Notes: a model not told the origin generated them from the sequence alone. A stretch of 64,000 nt of DNA from a virus (IMGVR_UViG_3300022932_000016:19906-83905), one strand, 5' to 3'; positions 27,922 through 38,570 are shown, counted from the first letter of the stretch. Program-made: numbers and translations.

Positions 27922-29420
27922 GCACCGATGACTTCGATTTGTGAACCTGTGATCGCTGCTGCGTCAGCCAGCTTGACCGACTTAGTACCGAAAGTAGTAT
28001 CGACAGGGACCCCGAGAAGCACATCGTCTTCGTCTGGTATAGCCATCGTACCTGTTTTATTGTCAGAATCGTATACCACGCCATCACGAACGTCAGCTGG
28101 TGAGAGATTTGAGTCTGCATTTGTCAGGTTATCCCCGTCTGGTATAAACGTACCGTCTGGACTGAAAGTACCGTACCTGTAGATGATAGTCGCACCGTCT
28201 ACGATTTGAATTGGGCCGTAGTAGAACCGTGTTTTAGAGTTTTCGTTGATGTATGAGGTCACACCAGAAGCCCCAACGCGTAATGCACCAGTATTAGCTG
28301 TGAATGCCCAGTCGAGAACGGGTCGGGTTGCCATGTTGTCGACATAGATATTACCCTTGATCCATACAGTAGTTGCGGTTGAGCGAGAAATTGCTGTACC
28401 ACCGATACCAGTTGCGCTTTCGTAGTTAAGGCTAGGACCTGATCGAACGTCTCCATTGATAGTGAGAAGCTGACCATTTTGCATATCTATAGCTGGACCA
28501 CCTGATTGTGAGCTGTTACCGATACCACCTGTGACGTTGCCGTTGACGACTACAGTACAACCTGTAGCTGTAGAAGCAATCTGCATAGCGTAAGTGCTAG
28601 GGTTTTGACCACCTAATAGGTTACCGTTAAAAACAACCGATTTAGCTCGAATAATCATAATGACGATTGAACCACCGTTTGAGTTGGTAGTAGGGGACGC
28701 GTCACCAGTAAGTATAACGTCACTATTTGCGTTATCAATGTAGACAAGTACACCAGATTGGCCGCTTTGCTTAACCAGACTGGCTGTTACTGAGATGGTA
28801 TTTGCGAGCGTACCGATTACCGCGACAACACCTCCAGGGTTAGGTACTGAGTTTGTTGCGTGGAATGCAAGCGCGGTAACTGTGAGGTCGCCTGAAGATG
28901 TGTTGTAGATACCTGATGTCGTTTGCGTGTTTGTGATAGTACCGCTTACGTTAATAGTAACGTCTACGTCACTCGCATTGAGAACAAGTGAGGTTGCGAC
29001 CCCCGTTGCGCTTGAGTCACCAGTCCAGTTAGTCCCCGTCATTGATAATGTACCTGTCGCACCCGATAATAGGGACACGAACGCTGCTGCGGTTCCTGTG
29101 ATTGCACCAGCTGCGATAAGACCCGCATTGATTACTGAACCAGTCGCGGAGTAAGACGCATCTAGTTCGATTAGAGAAGATGTCGCTGTCAGAGCAAGGA
29201 TTAGCGAAACACTGCAGGTCACTGTGCGAGCCGTGCTACCCGTGAGAACAAACTTACCGCTACCAGTGTTTGAGAGCGACTGTACGGCTACGTTTTGGTC
29301 GATGGTAACTGTGTGACCAGTCAACGCTTGGGCAACGTCGTTTACGCCAGGGAGTACACCACCGCTCCATGTTGCGGGGTTAGACCAGTTTCCAGATGCT
29401 TGAGATGCGATATTTGCCAT
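27918..29420 (-). CDS. beta-helix tail fiber/tailspike-like protein, paralog 2
   Basis: N-terminus has a passenger/autotransporter-associated beta-strand-repeat-like motif (G-W-x-P-x-TW-GG-V-PG-x-D-V). Ser/Thr/Gly/Asn-rich repeats. Homologous to 29427-30827. Confidence 0.65.
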   Translation of the reverse strand: MANIASQASGNWSNPATWSGGVLPGVNDVAQALTGHTVTIDQNVAVQSLSNTGSGKFVLTGSTARTVTCSVSLILALTATSSLIELDASYSATGSVINAGLIAAGAITGTAAAFVSLLSGATGTLSMTGTNWTGDSSATGVATSLVLNASDVDVTINVSGTITNTQTTSGIYNTSSGDLTVTALAFHATNSVPNPGGVVAVIGTLANTISVTASLVKQSGQSGVLVYIDNANSDVILTGDASPTTNSNGGSIVIMIIRAKSVVFNGNLLGGQNPSTYAMQIASTATGCTVVVNGNVTGGIGNSSQSGGPAIDMQNGQLLTINGDVRSGPSLNYESATGIGGTAISRSTATTVWIKGNIYVDNMATRPVLDWAFTANTGALRVGASGVTSYINENSKTRFYYGPIQIVDGATIIYRYGTFSPDGTFIPDGDNLTNADSNLSPADVRDGVVYDSDNKTGTMAIPDEDDVLLGVPVDTTFGTKSVKLADAAAITGSQIEVIGA

Positions 29421-29426
29421 TGATTA

Positions 29427-30827
29427 TTACTCGCTTAGGGTGGCGATTTGACCACCAGTTATATTTGCTAGGTCGGGGTTGTCGAGAAGTGCTGTACCTA
29501 CAGTAGCATCAACGTCGACTCCTGCTCTTACTGAATCGGGACTAGGCACATTGAGGGTTCCTTCTATCCCCGTTGGGTAAGCAGTACCCTTACGAGTGTT
29601 ACTCACTGACGGACCTTGACCCTCAGCTTTGAGGTTGACCGCTGCACCAGTCCATGCTGGGTAGGCTGACGCTGATTGGTAGCCGATAATAAAGTAATTA
29701 CCGTCAGTGCGGACGAGCTTACCTGCAACCGCAGCCGCTGAACTGTATGCACCGATAGTATATGTGTTACCCGTGTGTGGTTCCCCCACTATAACAGGCG
29801 TATAACCATTGTTAATCGCGGTTTGAGTTCCATTTGATATGATATCCCCGTAGACCCGAATGTAGGCAGTAGATGCAGAAGCAGGAGTAATAAGCGGTGT
29901 AGTTGTCACACCTGTGGTTGCAGATGAGATAACGTCACCGTGTATTTCAGCGGTAAGAGGGCCGTTAAGTGCGAAACCAGGGCCTGTATATGTGTTGAGA
30001 ATATCACCGTAGACGTAAACGTATGCACGGTTGTTAAATGAAGCGAGGTTACCTAAGTTTGTCACTTTCATATCCCCGTTAACGATCAGCGTAGGTATAG
30101 GCATTGGCTGGTTGGTCACCGCTTGAGATGACGCTGTCGTCATTGTGAGAATGTAGGTGTTAGCAAGGTTTGGGGTCACCATATCACCGTTCCATGTAAA
30201 CGTACCAATAAATGCAGTGCCCATAGCAAACGCTGCGGGGGTTTGTAGCATAGTCCATGTAGTGTTGCTGGTCACGTTGAGTGTGAAGTAACTTGCAAGA
30301 CCCGCGTTATAAACGACCTGGCTGTTGCTTAGTGTCATATAGTTGAGGTTGAGCGTAATACCAGTACTAGCGGTTGCGGCTACGTTAATAAGAGCAGGCT
30401 CGTTACCTGAGTTGTTTGTGTCACCGTTGAATGTGTTAACGCTAATAGTGACCGTACCTGAAGCACCTGCGATGAAGCCAATGACTGAAAGCATTGATGA
30501 GCCAGTGTGAGCACCGATAGTTACCGTATCAGCTGTAATAACAGACCCAGTCGCAGAATATAAAGCCGTGAACTCGATAAAGTCAGAGTTTGTTGAACCG
30601 ACTGCCGTTCGCAGTAGTGTTGTGACGGTGAGGGTTCTTGGGGTACTACCTGTAATCTGTAGCACGGCAGCATTGGCGTTTTGAGTGAGGTTTGTAACCG
30701 TCACGTTTGTGTCGAGTGTAACAACGTGGTTGATGTTCACAGTATCAGCGGAGCCTGGAACTACACCACCCGTCCATGTAGACGGTGATGACCAAGGACC
30801 TGCTGCACCTGAAGTAATTGTAGCCAT
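29427..30827 (-). CDS. beta-helix tail fiber/tailspike-like protein, paralog 1
   Basis: MATITSGAAGPWSSPSTWTGGVVPGSADTVNI... aligns with the N-terminus of 27918-29420. Shared C-terminal G..VD.T.GT......A.ITG.QI motif. Confidence 0.65.
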   Translation of the reverse strand: MATITSGAAGPWSSPSTWTGGVVPGSADTVNINHVVTLDTNVTVTNLTQNANAAVLQITGSTPRTLTVTTLLRTAVGSTNSDFIEFTALYSATGSVITADTVTIGAHTGSSMLSVIGFIAGASGTVTISVNTFNGDTNNSGNEPALINVAATASTGITLNLNYMTLSNSQVVYNAGLASYFTLNVTSNTTWTMLQTPAAFAMGTAFIGTFTWNGDMVTPNLANTYILTMTTASSQAVTNQPMPIPTLIVNGDMKVTNLGNLASFNNRAYVYVYGDILNTYTGPGFALNGPLTAEIHGDVISSATTGVTTTPLITPASASTAYIRVYGDIISNGTQTAINNGYTPVIVGEPHTGNTYTIGAYSSAAAVAGKLVRTDGNYFIIGYQSASAYPAWTGAAVNLKAEGQGPSVSNTRKGTAYPTGIEGTLNVPSPDSVRAGVDVDATVGTALLDNPDLANITGGQIATLSE

Positions 30828-30839
30828 ATATCTATTCTA

Positions 30840-33800
30840 CTACGAGTAGGTCGCAGTAGCTCTGTTGTCCCATGAGTCGATGGCTGTCATTACCACGACT
30901 GGTGAAGTTAATGTTAATCGAGTGAGTGACCAACCACTTGTGGCTTCAGAAGTCGCAGAAGGTGCTGAACCCATGTAATCGTAGATACCAGATTGAGCGT
31001 GACGAATCTCACCTAATCCACCACCACCGCCCCCACCTGCTGAAGGAGCCCAGCGCAAACCATTTGTTGCGGTTGAGTCAGCGGTTAGAACGTAAGCGTC
31101 TGCACCGATTGGTAGAGGGACGGAGTTACCGACTGGGTTACCAACAACCACGTCACCCTTTGCGGTTGTAACCGCGCCACCAGCAACACCCGTGGCACCT
31201 ACTGGACCAGTATTACCAGTAGAACCGACTAGACCGTTTGGACCAGTCGCACCGATTGGACCAGTAGCACCAGGATCACCCTGCACACCTTGCACACCAG
31301 TGAAACCACGTAGACCTGAAGCACCCGATGGGCCAGTAGCCCCAGTTGGACCCGTTACGCCCGCACCAGTTGCACCCTGTGGCCCAGTAGCACCACCAGG
31401 AGAACCAGCAACACCAGTCGCACCTGCAGGGCCAGTCGCACCATTTGTACCAGCGACCCCTGTTGCACCACGTGGACCAGTTGCACCCACTGGGCCTTCT
31501 GCTGAGTTAGGGACGTAGATGAATGTGTAATCGTTGTTTGAGAACGCTGTACCTGACACTGGGGTAATATCTAATAGATACCAACCAGATTGAGGTACGA
31601 TGTCGTTGACTGCGATGACGTTCATTTGTGGTGAGCCCGCTGTTCGGTGCATGTATAGGTAACCCTTTGGAGATACCGTAGATGAATCAATCAATGTAAA
31701 TAGAGCAGAGCGGTCTTGACTAGCAGCATCAAGCGTGTCCATACGTAGCTTCGTAATTGAAGCGAACGCGGCATTGTCAGATGTGAACTTTCCTGTAGTA
31801 GGGTCAGCGTCTATAGCGGTGTCACCTGTGTATGAGTATGTGAACCCAGCAACCGCACCAGTCGCACCAGTTGGGCCAGTGTAACCTAATGCACCAAGAC
31901 CACCAGATACACCCGTAGCACCGACTGGACCAGTCGCACCTGTTATACCAGTAGCACCTGTTGAACCAGAACCAGTGGCGCCTTGTGGGCCAGTAAATCC
32001 TCGAACACCCGTTTCACCCTGTGGACCTGTCGCACCACCTGGAGTACCAGGAGTACCTGGCGTACCAGAAGCACCAGTCGCACCAATCAATAGAGCAGGA
32101 CCTAGGTCGCTCCAGTCAGAACCCGTCCAGACCCATGCGTGACCAGTATCGTTTGTAACGAAGATTTCACCGAGATTTGGTGTAGAAGGTAGAGCCGCGA
32201 AGTTTGCGACAGTACCCTTAATAATAAGACCAGGACCGATAGGACCAGTTGCCCCTGTTCGACCGATAGGACCAGTCGCACCTGTAGTACCCGCACCTGT
32301 TGAACCCGCAGGACCAGAAGGACCTGTTGGCCCAAGCACGCTACCTGTTGATTGCCAGAGTGAACCGTCCCAGATGTATAGGTCACCGTTAACGAGCCAT
32401 GCGTCACCAACTACGTTACCAGTAGAAGGCAGAGATTCAACATCAGGTTTTGACCCCTTGACTTCGATACCAACACCCGATGGACCAGTTGGACCCATTG
32501 GCCCTGTTTGACCATTTACACCGTTAGACCCTGTAGGACCTTGAATACCTGTTGCGCCCGTTCGTCCTAGAGGACCAGTTGCACCAGAAGCACCCGCGAT
32601 TCCAGCGAGACCCATATCTTGCCAAGCTGAACCGCTCCATACCCAGTTGTGCCCGTCATCTGCTGTGGTGTAGATGTCACCCGCAGTTGGGAGAGCAGGA
32701 AGTGAAGCGTAGTTAGCTACTACACCCTTGACACGTAGACCGATACCTGTCGCACCAGTGTTACCTAGGTTACCAGTAGCACCTTGTACACCCGTAAAGC
32801 CACGCACACCAGTAAGACCTTGAGGCCCTGTTGGACCAGTTGTACCTTGGTTACCTGTTGCACCCGTGAAACCGACTGTGATAGGACCGATATTGTCCCA
32901 TGTCGCTCCATTCCACAACCATGCTTCATTGTTAGGTTCGATTACAACGTAAATGTCACCTTGTTCGACACCCTCTAGACCGTAAAGGTCAAACTCCTCA
33001 ACGACAGTACCCTTAATTCGGGCACCTTCACCACGAGGACCAGTTGCCCCCGTGTTACCAGTTGCACCAGTGTTACCAGTTTGACCCTGAACACCCGTGA
33101 AACCTCTAACCCCAGTCCAACCTTGAGGACCAGTGTTACCAGACGCTCCTGTTGGACCCATAATGCGACCAACATTTTCCCAGCTGTCACCGTCCCACAT
33201 CCAGAGTTCACCATTAACCATCCAGCCATCACCGATTGTATTACCAGTAGAAGGAAGGAACTCAACACCTGTTTTTGTACCAAGAATGCGAACACCGACA
33301 CCTGTTGCCCCAGTTACACCTTGAGGACCTGTGAAACCTCGTACACCAGTGTTACCAGTTTGGCCGATTGCTCCAGTTACACCCGCACCAGTTGCACCTT
33401 GAGGACCAGTTGGGCCAACCATAGGACCGATGTCCATCCAAGAAGAACCGTTCCATGACCAACCGTGCCCCGTGTCAGCTGTAATGTAAACGTCACCCGT
33501 TGTGCCCGAGCCAGGAAGAGCTGCTGAGTTAGCAACAACACCCTTAATCGTGATACCCACACCAGTTGCCCCTGTCCCACCGATAGCACCCGTAGGACCA
33601 GATGGGCCAGTAGGACCGCTGAACCCGATGTCACCTTGCGGACCAGTAGGACCCGCGACACCAGTTGAACCACGACTGAAAGCTAAGAATGCGCCCGTAC
33701 CACCAGTACCACCATTCAATACCCATAACTCATAGTTTGAAGCACCAGTAGGCCCAGTTGTACCTTGGGGACCTGTAGCACCAGAAGGACCAGCAGGACC

Positions 33801-35501
33801 AGATTCACCTTGAACACCTTGTGGACCTGTAGCACCTGTCGTACCAGCTCCAGTTGCACCCGTGACTCCAGTGAAGCCGCGTACACCTGTTGCACCTGTA
33901 TAACCACGAACACCCGCAGGGCCAGTTGCACCTGTTTGACCTTGAGGACCTGTCGCACCAGTTCGCCCAGAACCAGTAGCACCGCTACCACCGACAGGGC
34001 CAGATGGACCTTCAGGGGCGACTGACACAATGTAGTCGTCCATTGAGATACCCTTGTAATAAATAACGTCATCGTTACCGATTTTGAATAGAGGGATTGA
34101 TCGTTCTAGGGTGAAGAAATAAGACTTAGTTTCGAGCTTGTCAGTCATCTTCACTTCGATTTGGTATGTGTTAGCTTCTGCGAATGTAGTTTCACCGTCA
34201 GCAAAGGTTGTAGCCGTGAAGTCAGGTACGGTTACGTTACCAGAAGTGTCGCTACTATTTGTAACATCGTCCCAAGAGCCCCAATCACCTGCAGTGGTTA
34301 GGTTACGAGAGCGGTATGAAACACCAGTGGTAGCATTTACCGCGTTCTTAGGTGTGCCAGAAATGGTTAGTGGTGAGAACCGACCACCGATTTGCATTTG
34401 TACTGCGTCAAAGTCGCCAGCACCTGAGTCAATACGTTCAGCATTAATGTTAAGAACTGGAGAGTTGTATGGTAGAAGATTTGCTGTCTTGCTTGCAAGG
34501 GTCATCTTGCCGCGTGAGTCTTTTGCGCTTACTTGAAAGTTGAAGTTATCACCGTAATTAGCAACGTCTAGAGAAACGTCGATGTCTTCATCGTCATAAG
34601 GAATGTTTACCGAGTTCCAAGGAGTAACAGCGAGGTACGAATCCATTGTTGCGTATTTATTCGCTGTGGCTGCTTGATCTGGGTATGTGATCGTAACGTG
34701 CGGTTCAGAGTAGCTCTGGACAAGGTATTGATCGTCACCTGTAATCGTAACAGTGTCGGGGTTGTTGTCGTAGTAGCCGAATGTAGTAAATGTAGGTTCG
34801 CCACCTACGATAGAAACAGTTCGGTCGATTGTTTGGTCAGAACCAAGACCGTTACCGATGTAGTAGCGGACAGTCGTAGAAGCGACATTCTTCATCGCAT
34901 TTCGAATTGCGTTTCGCTCAGCGGTGCTTAGTGTCCAGTTATAAGTTTGACCACCGTTCGCACCGAAGTTTCGCCATGCGTATTGAGTACCACCAGTAAT
35001 GCTAGGTAGCATGAAGAACCCAGTAACGGTGTTTCCTGCTGGGTTTGCGTAAGATACGCTAGGTGTACCCTCATCGTTGAAGTCAGAAGCACCCTGAATG
35101 TTAGGGTTACGAGGGATATTATCAAGACCGAAGTTACCACCGACATCTCGTGGGCCACCTGAGTTATTGTAGAGTGACCAACCAGAGCTGAAGTTGCCAC
35201 CGATGTAGATACCTTTTGTACCGTTGTCATCGTGTTGCACCCACGCTGAGAAAGAGTGAATGTTGTGCGTACCTGCGCCACGGGTTGTAGAACCACGAGA
35301 GAAGCTACCAACCTGACCGTTGATACTGATAGAACCAGACTCTGTGGCAGCAATTGAGGCACCACTAGGGATAATTAACTGAAGGGTGGCGTCAACACGT
35401 GAGCGGTTGTTTGGTATGTCAACGTATGAGCTCCAGACAATACGAAGCCCCCAGTTCGCGAAAGAACCTGAACCGTTACGTTGTGTTGATGAACCTGCCA
35501 T
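30840..35501 (-). CDS. tail fiber / anti-receptor protein with extensive collagen-like (G-X-Y, Thr-rich) repeats, 1553 aa
   Basis: N-terminal ~480-aa globular domain. Long GxT/GPTGP triple-helix repeats interrupted 6 times by a ~48-aa W-rich module. Conserved fiber-like C-terminus (KGDVVVGNPVGNSVPLPIGADAYVLTADSTATNGLRWAP). Confidence 0.85.
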   Translation of the reverse strand: MAGSSTQRNGSGSFANWGLRIVWSSYVDIPNNRSRVDATLQLIIPSGASIAATESGSISINGQVGSFSRGSTTRGAGTHNIHSFSAWVQHDDNGTKGIYIGGNFSSGWSLYNNSGGPRDVGGNFGLDNIPRNPNIQGASDFNDEGTPSVSYANPAGNTVTGFFMLPSITGGTQYAWRNFGANGGQTYNWTLSTAERNAIRNAMKNVASTTVRYYIGNGLGSDQTIDRTVSIVGGEPTFTTFGYYDNNPDTVTITGDDQYLVQSYSEPHVTITYPDQAATANKYATMDSYLAVTPWNSVNIPYDDEDIDVSLDVANYGDNFNFQVSAKDSRGKMTLASKTANLLPYNSPVLNINAERIDSGAGDFDAVQMQIGGRFSPLTISGTPKNAVNATTGVSYRSRNLTTAGDWGSWDDVTNSSDTSGNVTVPDFTATTFADGETTFAEANTYQIEVKMTDKLETKSYFFTLERSIPLFKIGNDDVIYYKGISMDDYIVSVAPEGPSGPVGGSGATGSGRTGATGPQGQTGATGPAGVRGYTGATGVRGFTGVTGATGAGTTGATGPQGVQGESGPAGPSGATGPQGTTGPTGASNYELWVLNGGTGGTGAFLAFSRGSTGVAGPTGPQGDIGFSGPTGPSGPTGAIGGTGATGVGITIKGVVANSAALPGSGTTGDVYITADTGHGWSWNGSSWMDIGPMVGPTGPQGATGAGVTGAIGQTGNTGVRGFTGPQGVTGATGVGVRILGTKTGVEFLPSTGNTIGDGWMVNGELWMWDGDSWENVGRIMGPTGASGNTGPQGWTGVRGFTGVQGQTGNTGATGNTGATGPRGEGARIKGTVVEEFDLYGLEGVEQGDIYVVIEPNNEAWLWNGATWDNIGPITVGFTGATGNQGTTGPTGPQGLTGVRGFTGVQGATGNLGNTGATGIGLRVKGVVANYASLPALPTAGDIYTTADDGHNWVWSGSAWQDMGLAGIAGASGATGPLGRTGATGIQGPTGSNGVNGQTGPMGPTGPSGVGIEVKGSKPDVESLPSTGNVVGDAWLVNGDLYIWDGSLWQSTGSVLGPTGPSGPAGSTGAGTTGATGPIGRTGATGPIGPGLIIKGTVANFAALPSTPNLGEIFVTNDTGHAWVWTGSDWSDLGPALLIGATGASGTPGTPGTPGGATGPQGETGVRGFTGPQGATGSGSTGATGITGATGPVGATGVSGGLGALGYTGPTGATGAVAGFTYSYTGDTAIDADPTTGKFTSDNAAFASITKLRMDTLDAASQDRSALFTLIDSSTVSPKGYLYMHRTAGSPQMNVIAVNDIVPQSGWYLLDITPVSGTAFSNNDYTFIYVPNSAEGPVGATGPRGATGVAGTNGATGPAGATGVAGSPGGATGPQGATGAGVTGPTGATGPSGASGLRGFTGVQGVQGDPGATGPIGATGPNGLVGSTGNTGPVGATGVAGGAVTTAKGDVVVGNPVGNSVPLPIGADAYVLTADSTATNGLRWAPSAGGGGGGGLGEIRHAQSGIYDYMGSAPSATSEATSGWSLTRLTLTSPVVVMTAIDSWDNRATATYS

Positions 35502-35522
35502 TTATTTATATACCTTTTAGTT

Positions 35523-38051
35523 TTATACTGGGTCTCTAATGTAATATGAGAGACCGTCGCTGTCCTGTCGAATGAATACTCGTGAGCTTGGGTAATATGT
35601 GTCACCATTTACAGTCATATTGTTCATTTCGATAGTGTCATTGTTTGCGCGGAATGCGACTTCGTTGTTCGAGTCGTATGAGGCGAACTCGCTCGGTGTC
35701 ATCATTGTGTATGACCCTACGTTCTCATCTGAGTATACCCGAATACCGCGTGTGTCAATCTGGACACTTGTGTTAAGGATTTCACCGTTGAACTGAGACC
35801 AGACTTGTCGGTAAACACCTGTTACTAACATTGGGTCAGTTATATAGAATGCGGACGCACCGTCTGATTCGATTTCGAGGTCGAAGTATACGTCATTGCT
35901 TATTATAGCCTCTGTATAAAAGAAAGTCCAAGTGTAGATTTGCCCTGAAAGCATGTCGAACTCGTAGTTGTCTACTGAGTTTTTCAGACGAATATGAGCA
36001 TTACCTGTAGTCGTTTTGCTTGCGTAGACTGAGAATGAGTAAGTACCACCGAGTGTCACAGGGATACGCTGGCTTATCTTCTTGCTGCTGCCTGCAATCA
36101 TAATCGAGTGACCAGATACCGCACCGTATGCAAGTGAAGATGGAGCGTCTTGCTCTTCGAGCGTGCCCACACCAGTTTCTGTCCAGTGGGACAGGGCATT
36201 TCCTTCGCGAGAGAAGCCAACAGAGTTTTGGATTAAGTTACCGCCACCAGTTGATTGAATCGTTGATGTGATGTTTTCGAGGGTTTGCAGAACTTGTGTG
36301 AACTGTGAGGTTGTTTCATTCGCAAACGACGTGTACTCAGCCACGAGAGATGTGATGCTGTTGTTTTGGTGGTCTACCTGGATCTTTGTGTTGTAGAGCG
36401 TGGTCAAGACATTACCAGCAGTTTGTTGGTTTGTCGTACCGTCGTCAAATGGAACTGAAACGAGAGTTTCTTTGATGCTACCACCCTCCATGACGATACC
36501 GATTTCGTTGATGAACATATCGTATTCGTCGCCACCGTTATCCATAGTAATTACGTCACCTACGTCATAGACACATAGACCGATTGTAGTAGCTTGACCT
36601 GTGTAGTAAACAACACCGTCATAAATATCTTCAAAGAGGTTTTCGATGAAAGCATTGCGGTCGGGGTCCATGATCCAGTTGTTAACAATGCGGTAAGTCG
36701 TAAGACCATCTGCTAGGGCTGATGTCTCGTCGGTCACCACGATGTTGTCGTCTTGTGGTTGTCGAGATAGCGATAGTTGGTTGACGATACCAGTTGAAGC
36801 GATTACCTTGAGCTTGCTGAGTGTGCTGTGGTCGAGCGTGTCGACTGGGTTCATGTCGATTGGGGTGAACTGAAGTTGGTTTTCTGGCGTGATGCGAGCT
36901 GTTGAGCCTGTCGCTTCTGCGATGTCCGCGATGAAGTCACGAACCATGTAGTTGTTGATGTTCGCGAATGCGTCAGAAGGGAGTGAATAGTCGAGGTTTG
37001 GTAGTGTTGGATCGTATACCGCGCTACCATTTGTGATGATAGATGTTGCTACTTCTTCGATAAGACCCTCAATTGTGATTGGGTAAACGAGGTTCAGACC
37101 ACCGTAAGGTGTTGAAGCGGCTACGACAAGCGCGTCATCAATGGTGATTGTAGTGCTAGGTGCGTCTTCGTCTTTTTCGACCTTCGTTACTTCCCCACGG
37201 TGAAGGATAAAACGGTCGAAGTAAGCCAGGTCAGCGTTGTTGCTAACTTGTGGTGCAAGCACGAGGTCGTCTAAGTAGTAGTCGATGTCAGCAGAACCGT
37301 TACCAGTTTGCAAGTACAAATCCATGACAGGTGATTGCATTAGTCGAACTCGGTCTTGAGCTTCGAAGTTGATCGTATATTGAGTCCAGGTTGTGCTTGT
37401 TGAGATAGCGATGTTTGGTGTTTCGTCCCATGTACCGTCAGCCTGTAGGTAAACAACCGTACCGTCTGCTTGTTGCATTGTCAAAACGAGGGTTAGAACA
37501 CCGTCTGCTGTAGATTTGTGCCAGAAAGAGAAGGTGTATAGACCTTCAGGTGTAAGCCGTATCATGTTAGGGCTGTCATTCGCGTTACTAACACCAGCTG
37601 TAACATAATTGTCGTCTGCGTCAACGTGTAGCCGAAGTGATTTCGTACCACTGTGGTGTTCAGAAGCTGTTATCGAAGCAAGACTTTCGCCACCTTCTGT
37701 GCCTAAGTACCAACCAGACACTGTAGATGTTGGCCATGTGTCAATTGACTCGAGATTGCCGTTATAAATAACTTCAAAAGTCTCTTTTTGCACGAGAAGT
37801 GCTGAGTCTGCGCTCAATCCTTCTTTGTCTTCAACGATACCGTGTATCTTTAGAACATTTCGTGAACCAACTGCTGAGTTGAATGAGCCAGCTGTGGTGA
37901 TATTGCTTGAGATGATTGTAGGAGCGTCAGTACCTTGCTCGTAGTATTCGACAGAGTCGATATTTGTTTCAGAATAGAAAGCAGTAGCGTAGTGAATACG
38001 CTTGATAGTCTGCTTCATTGTTCGGAGCTTGTCTGGTCGGACGGTCTTCAT
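35523..38051 (-). CDS. tail-tip/baseplate structural protein (putative adhesin or receptor-binding component)
   Basis: 842-aa protein immediately upstream of the fiber genes in the same operon. Confidence 0.55.
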   Translation of the reverse strand: MKTVRPDKLRTMKQTIKRIHYATAFYSETNIDSVEYYEQGTDAPTIISSNITTAGSFNSAVGSRNVLKIHGIVEDKEGLSADSALLVQKETFEVIYNGNLESIDTWPTSTVSGWYLGTEGGESLASITASEHHSGTKSLRLHVDADDNYVTAGVSNANDSPNMIRLTPEGLYTFSFWHKSTADGVLTLVLTMQQADGTVVYLQADGTWDETPNIAISTSTTWTQYTINFEAQDRVRLMQSPVMDLYLQTGNGSADIDYYLDDLVLAPQVSNNADLAYFDRFILHRGEVTKVEKDEDAPSTTITIDDALVVAASTPYGGLNLVYPITIEGLIEEVATSIITNGSAVYDPTLPNLDYSLPSDAFANINNYMVRDFIADIAEATGSTARITPENQLQFTPIDMNPVDTLDHSTLSKLKVIASTGIVNQLSLSRQPQDDNIVVTDETSALADGLTTYRIVNNWIMDPDRNAFIENLFEDIYDGVVYYTGQATTIGLCVYDVGDVITMDNGGDEYDMFINEIGIVMEGGSIKETLVSVPFDDGTTNQQTAGNVLTTLYNTKIQVDHQNNSITSLVAEYTSFANETTSQFTQVLQTLENITSTIQSTGGGNLIQNSVGFSREGNALSHWTETGVGTLEEQDAPSSLAYGAVSGHSIMIAGSSKKISQRIPVTLGGTYSFSVYASKTTTGNAHIRLKNSVDNYEFDMLSGQIYTWTFFYTEAIISNDVYFDLEIESDGASAFYITDPMLVTGVYRQVWSQFNGEILNTSVQIDTRGIRVYSDENVGSYTMMTPSEFASYDSNNEVAFRANNDTIEMNNMTVNGDTYYPSSRVFIRQDSDGLSYYIRDPV

Positions 38052-38059
38052 CTGTATAT

Positions 38060-38299
38060 CTACTTATCTTTGGTGTGGTTTGCACTCACAACTTGTTGGA
38101 TAGTTTGAGTCTGAACATTACCGTCTTTTACAGTAAAGATGAAGTTTGCGTAGCATTTACGGCATCGAGCTTCACCAGCTGAGCCATCTGATACTTTTAC
38201 GCACAGAGAGTTACACTTATAGTTTTGACCGTTGGTTCGAGATAGCTTCTCGTAAGGGCACCGTACTTCGTGGAAGTTATTTACCTGCATTGTCGTCAT
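38060..38299 (-). CDS. small Cys-rich (zinc-ribbon) protein
   Basis: CPYEKLSRTNGQNYKCNSLC...CRKC. Confidence 0.4.
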   Translation of the reverse strand: MTTMQVNNFHEVRCPYEKLSRTNGQNYKCNSLCVKVSDGSAGEARCRKCYANFIFTVKDGNVQTQTIQQVVSANHTKDK

Positions 38300-38570
38300 C
38301 TCGCAGGTTAACTACATCTTCTTCTGGTATTTCACCAGTTTCTCGCTCGAAGTAGTTCCGAGTGAATGTAGGGGTGTCGTTAGGGGTTGTGCTGACAGTT
38401 GCAGGGGTAGTCTTTGCGCGCTTGCGTGATTTCTTCTGCGGTAAGCTCGTCGAATCGCTTTCCGAGCTTTTCGCTAAAAAATCGTCAAGAATCTCCTGTT
38501 GAGCCTTGGTCAGCTTGTAAAACTTATTCTTGCTAAGTTTGAGTAGTAGTTGTGGGTTAGTCACGGACAT
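38277..38570 (-). CDS. hypothetical basic protein
   Basis: Trimmed to the internal ATG (MSVTNPQLL...). The upstream part of the track ORF overlaps a divergent promoter region. Confidence 0.4.
   Translation of the reverse strand: MSVTNPQLLLKLSKNKFYKLTKAQQEILDDFLAKSSESDSTSLPQKKSRKRAKTTPATVSTTPNDTPTFTRNYFERETGEIPEEDVVNLRDDDNAGK

Noticed and set aside
30926-35365. Numerous ORFs antisense to or out of frame with the collagen-like fiber gene (for example 31192-31518 proline-rich, 33081-33458, 34928-35365)
   Set aside because: They are mirror-frame artefacts of GGX/GXT repeat DNA. The sense-strand 1553-aa ORF is continuous and has conserved N- and C-terminal domains.
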